From Octopus vulgaris (lineage: Eukaryota), in NCBI GenBank assembly GCA_951406725.2, contig OX597826.1, positions 44,144,001-44,208,000 on the forward strand: a DNA stretch of 64,000 nucleotides. The letters are read 5' to 3'. The notes below the pieces were generated by a model that had not been told where the DNA came from, ran no database searches, and saw only the letters and a list, made by a program, of their open reading frames with translations. Shown one piece after another: positions 41,971-56,639 of this stretch. Position 1 is the stretch's first letter, and each line of letters starts with the position of its first letter. A program made the translations under genes and the position numbers.

Positions 41971-43584
41971 CATCAACGCTCTTTCACGTAGATATAAATA
42001 TGGAGGTATATTTGTTTAATTTAGACAAACGTGATTTTAAAAGATAATAGAGATACAGGGTATTATACAACTTGCAAAACTTTACCTTTTATATGGCGAC
42101 AGGTGTGTGCTGCTTCAAAATTTGATTAGAAAATCGTTTACTGAAAAAATAGTGGGAATATGGTTCTTGGTTTGATAGTCATAATCTTGCATTAAGAAAC
42201 TAATTATACTTAGGATGACTCACTTGATTCCGTTTCTCGGAAATTTTATACCCTTTCGTCTAAATGTTCCCCTTCGTGATGTAATTTTCGCAGAAGTGAT
42301 ATACAATTTATTTTGAAGTTAACTTTTTCATTATATCTCCTCTCCTAACCACACCTCTCTCTCCCTTTCAGTTTAACTGAGGAATATATTATATTTTCAA
42401 AAACATCAACTCATTTATAAATGGATGCTAAGAAATAATGCATCTGTCAACTCTACCGACAATAAAAAGCAAATTAAAGACTTGAAATATCGTCGAGATC
42501 TTCTATTCCTCCTCTCAACGTAAAAGTTATTTTGGGGAATCATAGAGATACGTAGTATTTTAGAGTACTGTTTTCCGCTCTTCTCTCTCCTTCTCTCTCT
42601 CTCTCGGTCCCTATCTATCTTTGTGCATGGCGTTTCACATCATTAATCTCTCTCCTTTCATACATGAAGACTTTCTGCAAATTTCAAGATTTTTCCATCC
42701 AGTATATCTGTGTTATATAAGCAGTCTCTGGATATAATCACAGTGAACTCGTACAACTGTTCACAGGAAGATTTTAGAAATTCAACAGCAGAATGTTTGA
42801 AATGGAATTTCATTTCACTACAGTGTTTACAAGGTGTACAATCTGGTAGCCTCTTATCAAGAACCGTCCTGCAGACGTCTCAAAATCTTAAACCCCATCC
42901 CCAAAGCAAAACAAATGAAACAGTGTAGTTACTTTCTTTACACACGTAATCCCGATATTTTGGAATACTCTTTCATAATTGTTATGTCGCACGTTCGGAT
43001 CCTCTACTCAACTCTCTCTACTCTTCTACAACGTCTTGACCTCTCCCTCTATATCTACGTATTGGGCTAGTCTACTTCATCGCCTGGGGGCGCCCACATA
43101 ACAATAATACAAAAGAATGTTTACATTATTTGAGAATAATGCATTTGTCCCCAAATAAATCTTTTAACTAGGATTATGTTATTGAAATCATCAGTAGCAG
43201 CAAGGTACCTTCCCCATGTTCAGGGTCGGCTTGACTCTCCAGTTCCCCCTGTGTTGTGCATGCATAGAATAAGCCATACTTTGATGTTGTCATTTCACAG
43301 ATGACTTCGATGGCCTCTAGCTCTTTTACTCTGGTATAAATGTTTGTTCTTGCAGCATATTTAGAAACACTTTCTTTCTTTATTCATAAGATTTCCTTAC
43401 AGAAAAAACAAAAAAAAACAAACTAATATTCTATGTAAAGTATTTGATGTTTAAGTGTCTCGGATGTCGCTTGCATCACTGACAAGTGTGTATTGTTAGC
43501 ACGCATTATCTTAAGGCAGAAGTTGCTCGACAGCGAATAACATCGAATATACCTCCAAGTTTATTGGAACGTATGAAGAGTGAA

Positions 43585-43637
<53 letters not shown>

Positions 43638-43737
43638 CATACATACATACATACATACATGCATGCATGTATACATACATACATACATACATACATACAT
43701 ACATACATACATACATACATACATACATACATACAGA

Positions 43738-44135
43738 AGTTACGGAATGGAGTAGGGAAAGTTCGGGCTACATATGTTTCATAGCGAGTGGAACCACAGA
43801 AGTGTTAAATCCCATGCGAGCGCTATACCGCTCGTTTGGATTTTACCACTTCTGAGGTTCCACTCGTTATGAATCATATGTAGCCCGGATTTTTCCTACT
43901 TCATTCCGTAACTCTTATATTCTTTTTCGCACACTCGGCAACCTTGGTCGCCTTCGATGGAATATAAAATTAACTTTTTTTTCTACTCATCGTTCTTTGA
44001 TAAAGTAAAAATAATCCGCAAACGTCCATCTCAATAAACCACTGGTGTTCTTGAAAAGTTTTTATTATATATTTACTCCGGTTTGCTCGGTCGCTGGATC
44101 TTACATTCCTCCGAAACCTCGATCACTGGCTCTTA
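43738..44135. mobile_element. Fold-back (43738-43913) with HHR 3'-half in each arm, plus pLTR-like tail, between microsatellites
   Basis: ~85-bp arms around the loop ctatac (43823-43828); tGAAACatatGTAgcccg on the minus strand and tGAATCatatGTAgcccg on the plus strand. Confidence 0.75.
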
Positions 44136-44187
44136 CATTTATATCTATATCTATATCTATATCTATATATCTATATCTATCTATCTA

Positions 44188-44268
<81 letters not shown>

Positions 44269-44326
44269 AATCGAAAATAACAATAAATACAAATGTCAAA
44301 AGAACATATACAGAAAATGCATTAGG

Positions 44327-44442
<116 letters not shown>

Positions 44443-44680
44443 ATATAAAATACAAAATACAGTTATATCTTCAAATTGCTAGTAATAACAATACTCAAAT
44501 TATAACACAGACTGTAGTCGCAATGCCCCAAATGAGCTATATTCCACTTCTTTATATCCGTTCTGTAGATGTAAATAAATATATGAATACATACATGTAT
44601 GTATTTGATCTTAGTGCGTGTGGATCTTAGTAATGTTCCTTTAGTTCCTGCTCGCATTGCCTCCGCTCAAATTAAGAAGT

Positions 44681-44724
<44 letters not shown>

Positions 44725-44729
<5 letters not shown>

Positions 44730-44920
44730 GTGTATATTAAGGGATAACCATATATGGTTATCCACCAAGTGGTTATCCCTTAATATACACATGTATTGCA
44801 TTTTTTCTGATTTTTCAGTCTACTGGTTTTAAATTGATATTAATTAAATTAATATTCAATTTATCACCCTCGTTATTTAAATTATATATATATATATATA
44901 TATAATTTATCACCCTCGTT
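44725..44920. repeat. 26-bp perfect inverted repeat plus duplicated end motif atttatcaccctcgtt within TA tracts
   Basis: tacatgtgtatattaagggataacca / tggttatcccttaatatacacatgta. Confidence 0.8.
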
Positions 44921-46479
44921 TTATATATATATATGTGTGTATATATATATATATGCGCGCGCGTGTGTATGTGTGTTGGAATGTATTCGAATTTAATTTT
45001 GAGTAAACAAAAACGTTATAATTTTGGGCGGTTCTGTTTCGATCAACAACGCAAAAAATTGTTTCAGAAATAATTTTGAAAGCATAAAGAATCTGCTTAG
45101 AATAAAGTATCATATTTAATTGGAACGATTTAAACGGATTACTGTCGATATTTCATGGAACTATTGCTATTCCCTTTGCATTGCTTTTATAATCTCTTGT
45201 TGATTCATGTCGGTACAAAGTTTCAACTCTTCATCTTGTTTTGCCTGAAGCAATAATTCATCGCACAAAAGGAGAAGCTTTATTAAAAGAATATCTTATC
45301 ATTCTTAATGACCTCGAAAGTAGATATTTGATTTTTATACTTTTCTTTCAACGTTTATTTTGAATGAATAGTTATATATTCAATTCCACTTGCAAAACAT
45401 ATCAATTGAACAGACGTCTCCATTCGTGATGTGACGACGATGAGTTAACAATGGAGCGAGTGGAAAATTTAGATATGTTAATTTTGTAATAACGTGATTG
45501 CTTAGGAAGTCGAGTGTCGCCCGTGGCTAACCGTATAACTATTTCTGCATTCCAGTCTTTTCGACGGTGAATATAACAAAATCGATGGACGAAAATTCTC
45601 TGATGCAGCTCGTGGCATCCATGTTCTATTTTAAACTTTTTCCATCGTGTATTCCGACAATTAGCTGCAAACCACAGACAAAATAGTAAGGACAACTTCA
45701 ATGCTAATACACAACTTCAAAAGTAAAAGAAAGAGGAAAAAAAAACTAAGTTGCGATTATAAAATAATGGACGATTTAGATAAAAGTCAACCATAAACTT
45801 GATATCAATATATTAAAGTCCTAACTCTACCAAATCATTTTCTAAAGTTTATTTGCCTACTGTTATTCATTTCGATTATCGTAGATTTGGAATTTAGCCA
45901 GAATACAAGAGGTTTTGTGCAATAGACAATAAAGTTAATGTATAACTGACAGTGACTAAATGATTCATTTCAAACGATCAATTTGTAAATAAATAAAAAA
46001 TAAATCCCAATAATTCAAGTTTGTATATATATATATATATAATATCCAATACGGGATTTGATTTAAGATTCTTCGTTTATTTTTTATTTTCCGCGTCTAA
46101 TCCACAACTGTATTGACCTCTTGATATTACACTATAAGCAAGGAACGTTTTACAAGATGTTTCACTCTTTCATATAATTTGATTTTCAGTAAATAATCTT
46201 AAGGGATTGATCCTTGCAATATACGTGATAAAAATAAGAAAATGAGACAGAGTTACAACGGCCAGTATTTCTTTTAATATACTAGAAAAGATTAGTCTAC
46301 AGAAGTGTATCGATTTTTTACAGCTATGGATTTTGCATTCTATATTTATCTGTTTTCTCTGGCACTGTTGGGGTTAGCCGGCTGACGCTTTCGTCTTCAT
46401 ATTTTTTGGCCCTAAAATACTTCTTTTATACACAGTGGGACAATATGGAAACAAACGACCAAGGAATCGGCTTTCAGTA

Positions 46480-46920
<441 letters not shown>

Positions 46921-46944
46921 TTCCTCCTACTAAAGGCATAAGAA

Positions 46945-47060
46945 CTGAAATGTTGTGGGGGAAGCTAGTTGATTCTATCGAGCCCAGTAGTCAACTAGTA
47001 CTTATTCTATCGACCCCCGAAAGGATGAAAGTCAAAGTCGACATCAGTGGAATTTGAAAC
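46945..47060 (-). mobile_element. SINE family B fragment truncated by (AAT)n
   Basis: gaaaggatgaaagtcaaagtcgacatcagtggaatttgaa. Confidence 0.8.
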
Positions 47061-48845
<1,785 letters not shown>

Positions 48846-49364
48846 ATTACAGATAGTCACAGCGAAGACACCCAGATTTTATCTGCCTAAATATCGGGAT
48901 CGAATCAGACAGCTTATACCTTAACCGAGCCTTCTGTGTAGCAACAGGAGCTGCTGTTCCAGATAAACTTAGACTTTATAATCTGACGTAGAGACTATAG
49001 AAAGCCTACCAAAGGTAAGAACGAATATCTTTGTGTCTTGATATGTATCTCGCTCCGTTTCAAGTAAACCGCAGTTCGGAAGGAGTTCTAATCAGTTTGA
49101 GAAGGATTTTAAAACTGAAATAAGCAGGAAATCTACTAAAAATAAAAGAAAGCAACTACAAAATCTATATTAGAACTAGCAATAGAACTCACTTTAAATT
49201 CAGTAACTGAACACTCTATAGTTTCTAGCATGAATGGAGTCCTTGTAGTGTGACCAAATATAGCACCATGTATTGGAAAACAGAACTCTTAACCAAACAA
49301 CCATAGTAGCGGTTATTAATTTTAGAGCTATTTAAACCTCTGAACAATTGCAATATAAGTTTAG

Positions 49365-49960
49365 GAATATATATGTGCTTATAATATATATGTGCTTATA
49401 ATATATATGTGCTTGTAATATATATGTGCTTATATATATAGTGTTAGTAATATATATATTTGTTTTGTTTGGGAATAAGGCTTGGGACATATGTCTTTAT
49501 AATATTCAAATCATTGTAGAACAGCGCTAGAAATATAAATTGCTTTCATATAACATACAAATCGTTATAGAACAAAGTTAGAATATATATATTTTGTAAC
49601 ACTTAAAGTGATAGAGAGCATAATTTGGAATTCATATATGCTCATAATACATTGGTTGGGAACAAAGCTATGAATATATAAGTCAAATTATTGTAGAACA
49701 GGATTGGAAATATATATTTTTATTACATGAATTATTATAGAACAAGGTGAGGATACATATATTTTTATAGCACTTAAAGTATTATAGGACAAAGCTTGGA
49801 ATATATACATCGTGTGCTTATATTACATCTTTGTAGAACAAAGCTTGAAATATACGTTTTTCATAGCAATTACATTATTCTAGAACAAAGCTAAGTATAT
49901 ATAAGTGTTTATAACACTGAAATTGTTGTAGAACAAGGGTAGGAATATATAAGTTCATAG
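49365..49960. repeat. 17-bp tandem (atatatgtgcttataat) followed by degenerate ~45-50-bp minisatellite (attgtagaacaaagcttggaatata)
   Basis: Recurring tagaacaa(a/g)g...gaatata units. Confidence 0.7.
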
Positions 49961-51818
49961 ACTTGTTGGTGTTATATATCGTTAGATAGATTCAAAGAGT
50001 AAAATAAATTAACACCTTAAATATGTAACGGTTAGGCACCAGCGTCCTACAAGATCAATATTTTCATAGCAATATAATTATAGCTGCCTTTTTGAATTTG
50101 ATAAATCTTACTTAACTTTCAGAGTTTAGCAACCAACTTTGTATTGATTCTACTATCCTCCATCTAAATTTAATTGCTTATATGCATGGCTGTACTTGTA
50201 TTTAAAAAAAATGATGACAGTCGACATAAAATAAGTGAGACTTTAGTAACTGCTGATAATCATGATTGTTAATATGAATGATAGTCCCACTGTATACTGG
50301 AAATATCGATATGTTTATACGGCAACATTATATGCTGAATTAGACAGATATCCAATTAAGATAAACAGTCAACACAGTGAAACGAATGGAACATTGTTTT
50401 CATCATTAAATGGAAATGCATATTTTTTTATCAAATAAATTGCTCTTTTATCGTAAATTTTATTTTACAAATCTTTTTTGGGGGGAAAATTATGGCTAAA
50501 AATTTGTTGGCTGATACTAAAAAGAGAAAGTTACGCTACGAGATAAGAAACATTTGAACTAAGAGAGAAGCTTCGTTTATTGCACAAACTGAAAACAAAA
50601 CAAAACAAGACAAAACAAAACAAAAAAAGAACCACACATACACACAACAACAACAACAACACCAATATGTGCAAGTGTTTGTAATGAATGCGAATCTAAC
50701 AGCAAGCCTAAAAATAAGTTCCTATGAGTAATATCGAATTAAGATACGCATAAGCAAGAATGCAGTTCAGGTTTGTCAAAATTAAAGAAATAAACGTTAA
50801 AACTGTATATAAAACTTATTCAATATTTCTAAGGATATTGACAAACATTTAGGGAAAGTAAGAATATGGGAATTTAAAAAAGAGAAATGTTCTTGAATGT
50901 GATGACATCAACAACATCTCTACGTACGATTAGTCATACATTTATTAGATTCCTGTCCTATTGAGACGTTCTTCACTCCACACTATTGAAGCAGTGGACA
51001 TATAATTCCCAACAATAACAAATACTGAAACTAGGAAACGGTTGAATTTATCACATAATTTTGAAGGGTTTTAGTTGGGAGGAATTTTACAGCTCCATAA
51101 AACGTACATGTTCAGGAAAAATCAATATCTAGATTACTTCTCAATAGAGTGTATAAATCTAATTTCTTTTGGTAACTTTAGGCTAGAGATATAAGGGATT
51201 GGCTTTACAGCACCGATTAATATTTGTAAAGTGCGATATCTCTAAATATATCCCGATATATTGGGAAATATTTCCTATAAAATATTTTCTCGTTAAATAA
51301 AAAACAACCAGTTATTTTCACCGCCTAGTTGCACATCATGCTTGACAGATGTTATTCATTTTTTAAAACAGTTTATCCAAAATAGTACATAGCCAACCAA
51401 CTAGTATACTATTTTAAACTTATATATTTTATTTAAATTTTCTTTATGCACTCAGAGACATATTTCTTCCTGAGGCATTTATTCATTTAAGGTAAGAATT
51501 CAGTTTTTAATATATCACTCCTTGTGTGCAAATAAAACACAACATCACAAACCAATATTTTCTATTTCGAGATTTCCAACAACTCCACCCCGGAGCTAGC
51601 TGTAAGATTAGGAAAAATCACTGAATATTATTGAGCTTCCCATAAATAATATTGTGTAACTGAATCAAAAATGATTTCATTTGAAAATATTTTCTGATTA
51701 ACACTATTAAAGCTGTATACGGTTATGTGTATGCGTTCACACACACACACACTCATACATATTCATACATATACATACATTGTATGTATATATACCTGTG
51801 TGCATGTCTGTATGTATG

Positions 51819-51865
<47 letters not shown>

Positions 51866-51962
51866 CTAAATATATTTATATATATGTATATATATATGGG
51901 GCGGGTAAAATTCTACAAACATATATATATATATATGTTTGTCTATCTATCTATATACTTTG

Positions 51963-52034
<72 letters not shown>

Positions 52035-53289
52035 TCACACAGTCTAATCGATATGTCTAACATTATTAATGTATATGTAAGTGTAAAACGGCGCTAAAAT
52101 TTTGTCACAGAAAAAGTAAGCTCGTCTATGTGTGTTTAAACTACGGGATGGCGTTAATGCATCATCAGAGGCCGGTGCCGCGGCCTCATTTGGCCTCCTC
52201 AATCACGGACGCCCTCTTGTGTTTTGAGATCGTCCAAAGCCGTGGTTCAGATATAGAAACCAAGAAACAAAAATTTAGCTTATTTGAACGGATGCTGAAG
52301 GGGGGGGGCTTTAATATCGTGCCTCAGAAAAAAAGAACCCTGAAAAGATTCTTGTGTATTAAAAACATACAAACATACACGCGCACACATGTATAAATAT
52401 CAACATATATCTTCATATTTGTATTCTTTTATTTTGATTTTCGTGTCTGCATCTTATGTTTGTGTTTTATTTATATAAATATATATATATATATTATTGC
52501 ATGTTTTACGAATATGTGTGCACTTGTTTATATATGCCTATTGATCTATAAATAAATGTATACAAAGAAACACATAATTCTTATTATTACCACTCCCTAC
52601 ACTCGACTGACCCTTTTCATATATTTATTTATTCAAAATATATAAAGTCTTACTAATGGATATTGCTATAATCTTCGCGTCCCTTCACAAATCTTCCCTC
52701 TTTAACCCCTACCAATATCTAAATAAATTAGTAAAGTTACGAACCATTGAATATTCACGAAGAAAATTCTTATGCTCCCTACAATGACTAACACACTCCT
52801 ATTTACACAACGAAGTGTGTACAGCTTACTGACAAATTTAACTTATCAACAGTATTTTATTTTTCTCATCAGGATACAAGACATTCATCTTTAGACATAG
52901 CGTAGATCTGCCCATCTCTATACACATCACTAAACTATTCCGCACTAAAATCACTGTCTCGAAATATTGGCTAATAAAAATGGAAAGAAACAATGAAAAT
53001 GGATTCTTGGTCGGGATAATTCTATTATTGAGGTGTTCCCACACCTAAAATATATTGTTGCTCCAACAAAGTTATTGAGTTCTCTGTTTCTTTTATAGAG
53101 TTGTGTTTTGTACATTTTATTTGTAAGTTGGTTGATCTATCTGTCTGTCTATCTATGAAGCCATCGATCAATAGGTCTATCGATCTGCTTGGCTATCTGT
53201 CTATCTTATCTATCTCTCTATCATCCCTCTACCTACCCACCTACCTACCTAGCTACCTATCTACCTACCTACACACACACACACACATA

Positions 53290-53368
<79 letters not shown>

Positions 53369-53844
53369 CTATCTCTATGTATGTAGCCATCTATGTAATT
53401 TCTACATATTTTGAAAATCGATCTTGGCATAATAACACTACTTGACAAAGCATTTCTGGTTTTGAATATAATATCTTACATAGAATATCAAGAATTAGTT
53501 TGAAAGATCATGTGATAAATAGGACAGTAATATATAGAGGCATTGTATCACCAGTTGATAACTTTATTACGTTGTCAGGTTATAGCTAGATGGAACATAT
53601 CTACAGCTGAGATAAATATCTTGTTTGGGATATACATTGCTTGACAGTACATACTAGAAGCGGAACAGAGAAGTCGCAAGACAAATATTAAGAAAGATGT
53701 GAAAAAAAAGCAGGACAGGAATATTAGAACAAGTTCGATGCTGGACGAATAATGGTACATTGGTGAAAACAGATGGAAGTCCTTCCAGTTTGTGTCCTTC
53801 CTACTTTGTGTAGAAATCTTTTATTCAAGTTGTTTAAGTGAATT

Positions 53845-54210
53845 GTGGTAAGAAGCTTGCTTCCCAACCACATGGTTCCGTGTTCAGTCCCACCTTGGGC
53901 AAGTGTGTTCTATTATAGCCTAGGCCCGATTAAAGCCTTGGGAGTGTATTGGTAGTTGGAAACTGAAAGAAGCTAGTCGTATATATATGTGACCTCGTGT
54001 GTACCGTTGGCGATTTTTTCCCTCTGTCTTCCTTTCTCTGGATCTTTCCTTCTATGTTTCCGACGAAGAGCTCCGCTCGAAAAGTTAAACCCTACTTCTT
54101 TCCTTCTTTCCTGAGCGTCCAATAATACTATATTTGTTCCACGTCCTCGCGTTGTTGTGTTTTTTTTTGTGCTTTCTTGTTTGGATTAACTATATATATA
54201 TATATATAAA

Positions 54211-54256
<46 letters not shown>

Positions 54257-54515
54257 TATATATATATATGTATATATGTAATTACATTTATGTATGTGTG
54301 TCTGTGTTGGCCACTCCAGCATTGCTTGACAAACGATGTTGGTGTGATAACGCCCCCGTAACTTAGTAGTTTGACAAAAGAGGGCCATACAATAGGTACT
54401 AAGCTTACAAAAAATAAGCCATGTCTGCAGTCGATTTGTTCAACTAAACTCCCCTCATGGTGGTGCTCCAGCATGGTCGCAGTCAAAAGCTTGAAGCAAG
54501 TAAAAGAATAAAAGA
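53845..54515 (+). mobile_element. SINE family A interrupted in its internal (TA)n by a pLTR-like insert (about 53989-54190)
   Basis: Head 53845-53980 and tail 54290-54515 match the two halves of the 2772-3165 copy. Confidence 0.85.
54056..54090 (+). ncRNA. Minimal Penelope-type HHR, mutated
   Basis: gttt-C(C)GACGA-a-gagc-tcc-gctc-GAAA(A)GTT-aaac; two substitutions from CTGACGA..GAAACGTT. Confidence 0.6.
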
Positions 54516-55151
54516 ACACTTATATTCTATCCACTCAAATTATGATTCGCCGGTTTCCATATACTTATAGTTTCTGCTTTGTCAATAAGAGGGTCCTTTC
54601 TGTTCTTTTCTTTTACTCCTTCTCGATAACAACTTGGTTGATAGGTGAGAGTCATTCAATCAATGGATAGGGCAAATGGCACAAGTATTCCATTGACTAG
54701 ATGAGCAGTAATCGAGAGTTGTGGGAGATTCTTACTGCTGCTGAGTAATTTACATGAATCATCCTCATCAAAACAAGTTCTAAAGCAAAAGATCTGACAT
54801 ACTATGCAAAAGAACGCACTATGAAATTCTACACTTTCCTGACTGTTCAATATGCAACGGTATGTTTCGTACCGGTACGAAAGAGCTACGAACACATATG
54901 CTCTTGGAGTCCACTTACCTCCGAGTGTAGCCATGGTCATCACCATTCAGGTAGGTTAAACAAAATTCGAACGCTTAGAGTGTGTGTACACATACATACA
55001 TTCTTAAAACGCGCGCACGCGCACACACACACTCAATCACAGAAATATGCATACATTTATTTATAACTATACACACACAGACACAGACAATGATACATAG
55101 GCATATATATATATATATATATATATGTTTATATATATATATATATATATG

Positions 55152-55195
<44 letters not shown>

Positions 55196-55216
55196 ATGTA
55201 TATATATATATATATA

Positions 55217-55499
55217 TCACGTGATCACGTGACCGACCAGACCATCAGATGTTGCTACACATCGCTAGTCACAATGCTAGTCACAATGCGTTCGAATGGC
55301 TAAGCGAGCAGGCCAACAGAAGAAAGAGTGAGAGAAAGAATGGTGAAAGAGTACAGCAGGGATCACCACCCCCTGCCGGAGCCTCGTGGAGCTTTTAGGT
55401 GTTTTCGCTGAATAAACACTCGCAACGCCAGGTCTGGGAATCGAAACCGCGATCCTACGAACGCGAGCCCGCTGCCCTAACCAATGGGCCATTGCACCT

Positions 55500-55502
<3 letters not shown>
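55217..55502 (-). mobile_element. tRNA-derived SINE, family D
   Basis: Minus-strand head tggaggtgcaatggcccattggttagggcagcg...ggtttcgattccc; flanked by TA and CA tracts. Confidence 0.8.
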
Positions 55503-55568
<66 letters not shown>

Positions 55569-55578
55569 ATATATATAC

Positions 55579-55641
<63 letters not shown>

Positions 55642-55645
<4 letters not shown>

Positions 55646-56193
55646 ACAATTAAGGATAAAATCTTAATAAGGAATCTTAACAAGAAATTATCAGGTAGTT
55701 AGCGTGAAAAACCTCATAAGAGAAAAATTCGAAAATAATTTTTTTCACTTGAAAATATTAATTTATATCGTATAGAGGGCATTATTACACATAAATGCCA
55801 CACGATAAGAGGGACATAAGTCATTACTACCAAAATTTAACTAATCATACCTAATGCAGCTCCCGAAGCAAGACATTTAAAAAACTGAATTTAGTTCTAT
55901 ATCACCTCTGATTTCGCAATTAACGTATCAAATACGTCTTTTGTTCATCAGTAGAACAGATTCTGAACACATCATAAATAAACAACCAACATACCTAGCG
56001 AAGCCAAACAGACATCTGCTCCCCTCGGCGAAGCACATGGAAATATTTATTCATCATATATTCGGTAAATGGCGGGCTTTTTCGAACTGCATGTTGGTAG
56101 GAAAAGTTTTCTAGGTATGATTAGTTAAATTTTGGTAGTAATAACTTATGTCCCTCTTAGCGTGTGGCATTTATGTGTAATAATGCCCTCTAT

Positions 56194-56197
<4 letters not shown>
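55642..56197 (-). mobile_element. PLE-type pLTR insertion with inverted terminal segment (55770-55853 / 56112-56195)
   Basis: 84-bp inverted arms enclosing an HHR; TA tracts on both sides. Confidence 0.78.
55894..55957 (-). ncRNA. Type I hammerhead ribozyme with full stem III and AUA cleavage triplet
   Basis: Minus strand: gttcta-CTGATGA-acaa..acgtat-ttg-atacgt..ttgc-GAAA-tca-gagg-tga-TA^tagaac. Confidence 0.8.
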
Positions 56198-56238
<41 letters not shown>

Positions 56239-56639
56239 TGGATTCTCTCATTGAAGACGATGAATGAGTGTTAAGCAAATAACTTTCAACAATTCCTAAG
56301 CCTTGTGACACCGCTTGTGTATTTTCAATACAGCATATATATATATATATATAAACATATGCCATACGCACGTACATATGTTTATGCACATATATACATA
56401 GTTACGCATGTATATTCATATATTTATATATTCATCTTTTATTTTGGTGTTTCATCTCGTTTCAGTCATTGGACTACGGCCATGCCGGAATACATTTCTA
56501 AATATATATATAAACTCATTCAATCGTAACTTAACGTCGTCATTATGTATCTGGATTTGTGTCTTTCAATGAAATCACGCAAATAAATGCAAAGCGAAAC
56601 CATCATAATTGTACTGTATATCTTATGGTATCTTACATA

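Noticed and set aside
52130-52350. GC-rich patch with an 88-aa ORF
   Set aside because: No identifiable protein, TIRs or RNA fold; probably an unclassified repeat fragment.
54656-55066. 96-aa and 81-aa ORFs on opposite strands
   Set aside because: No recognisable domain or convincing splice structure.
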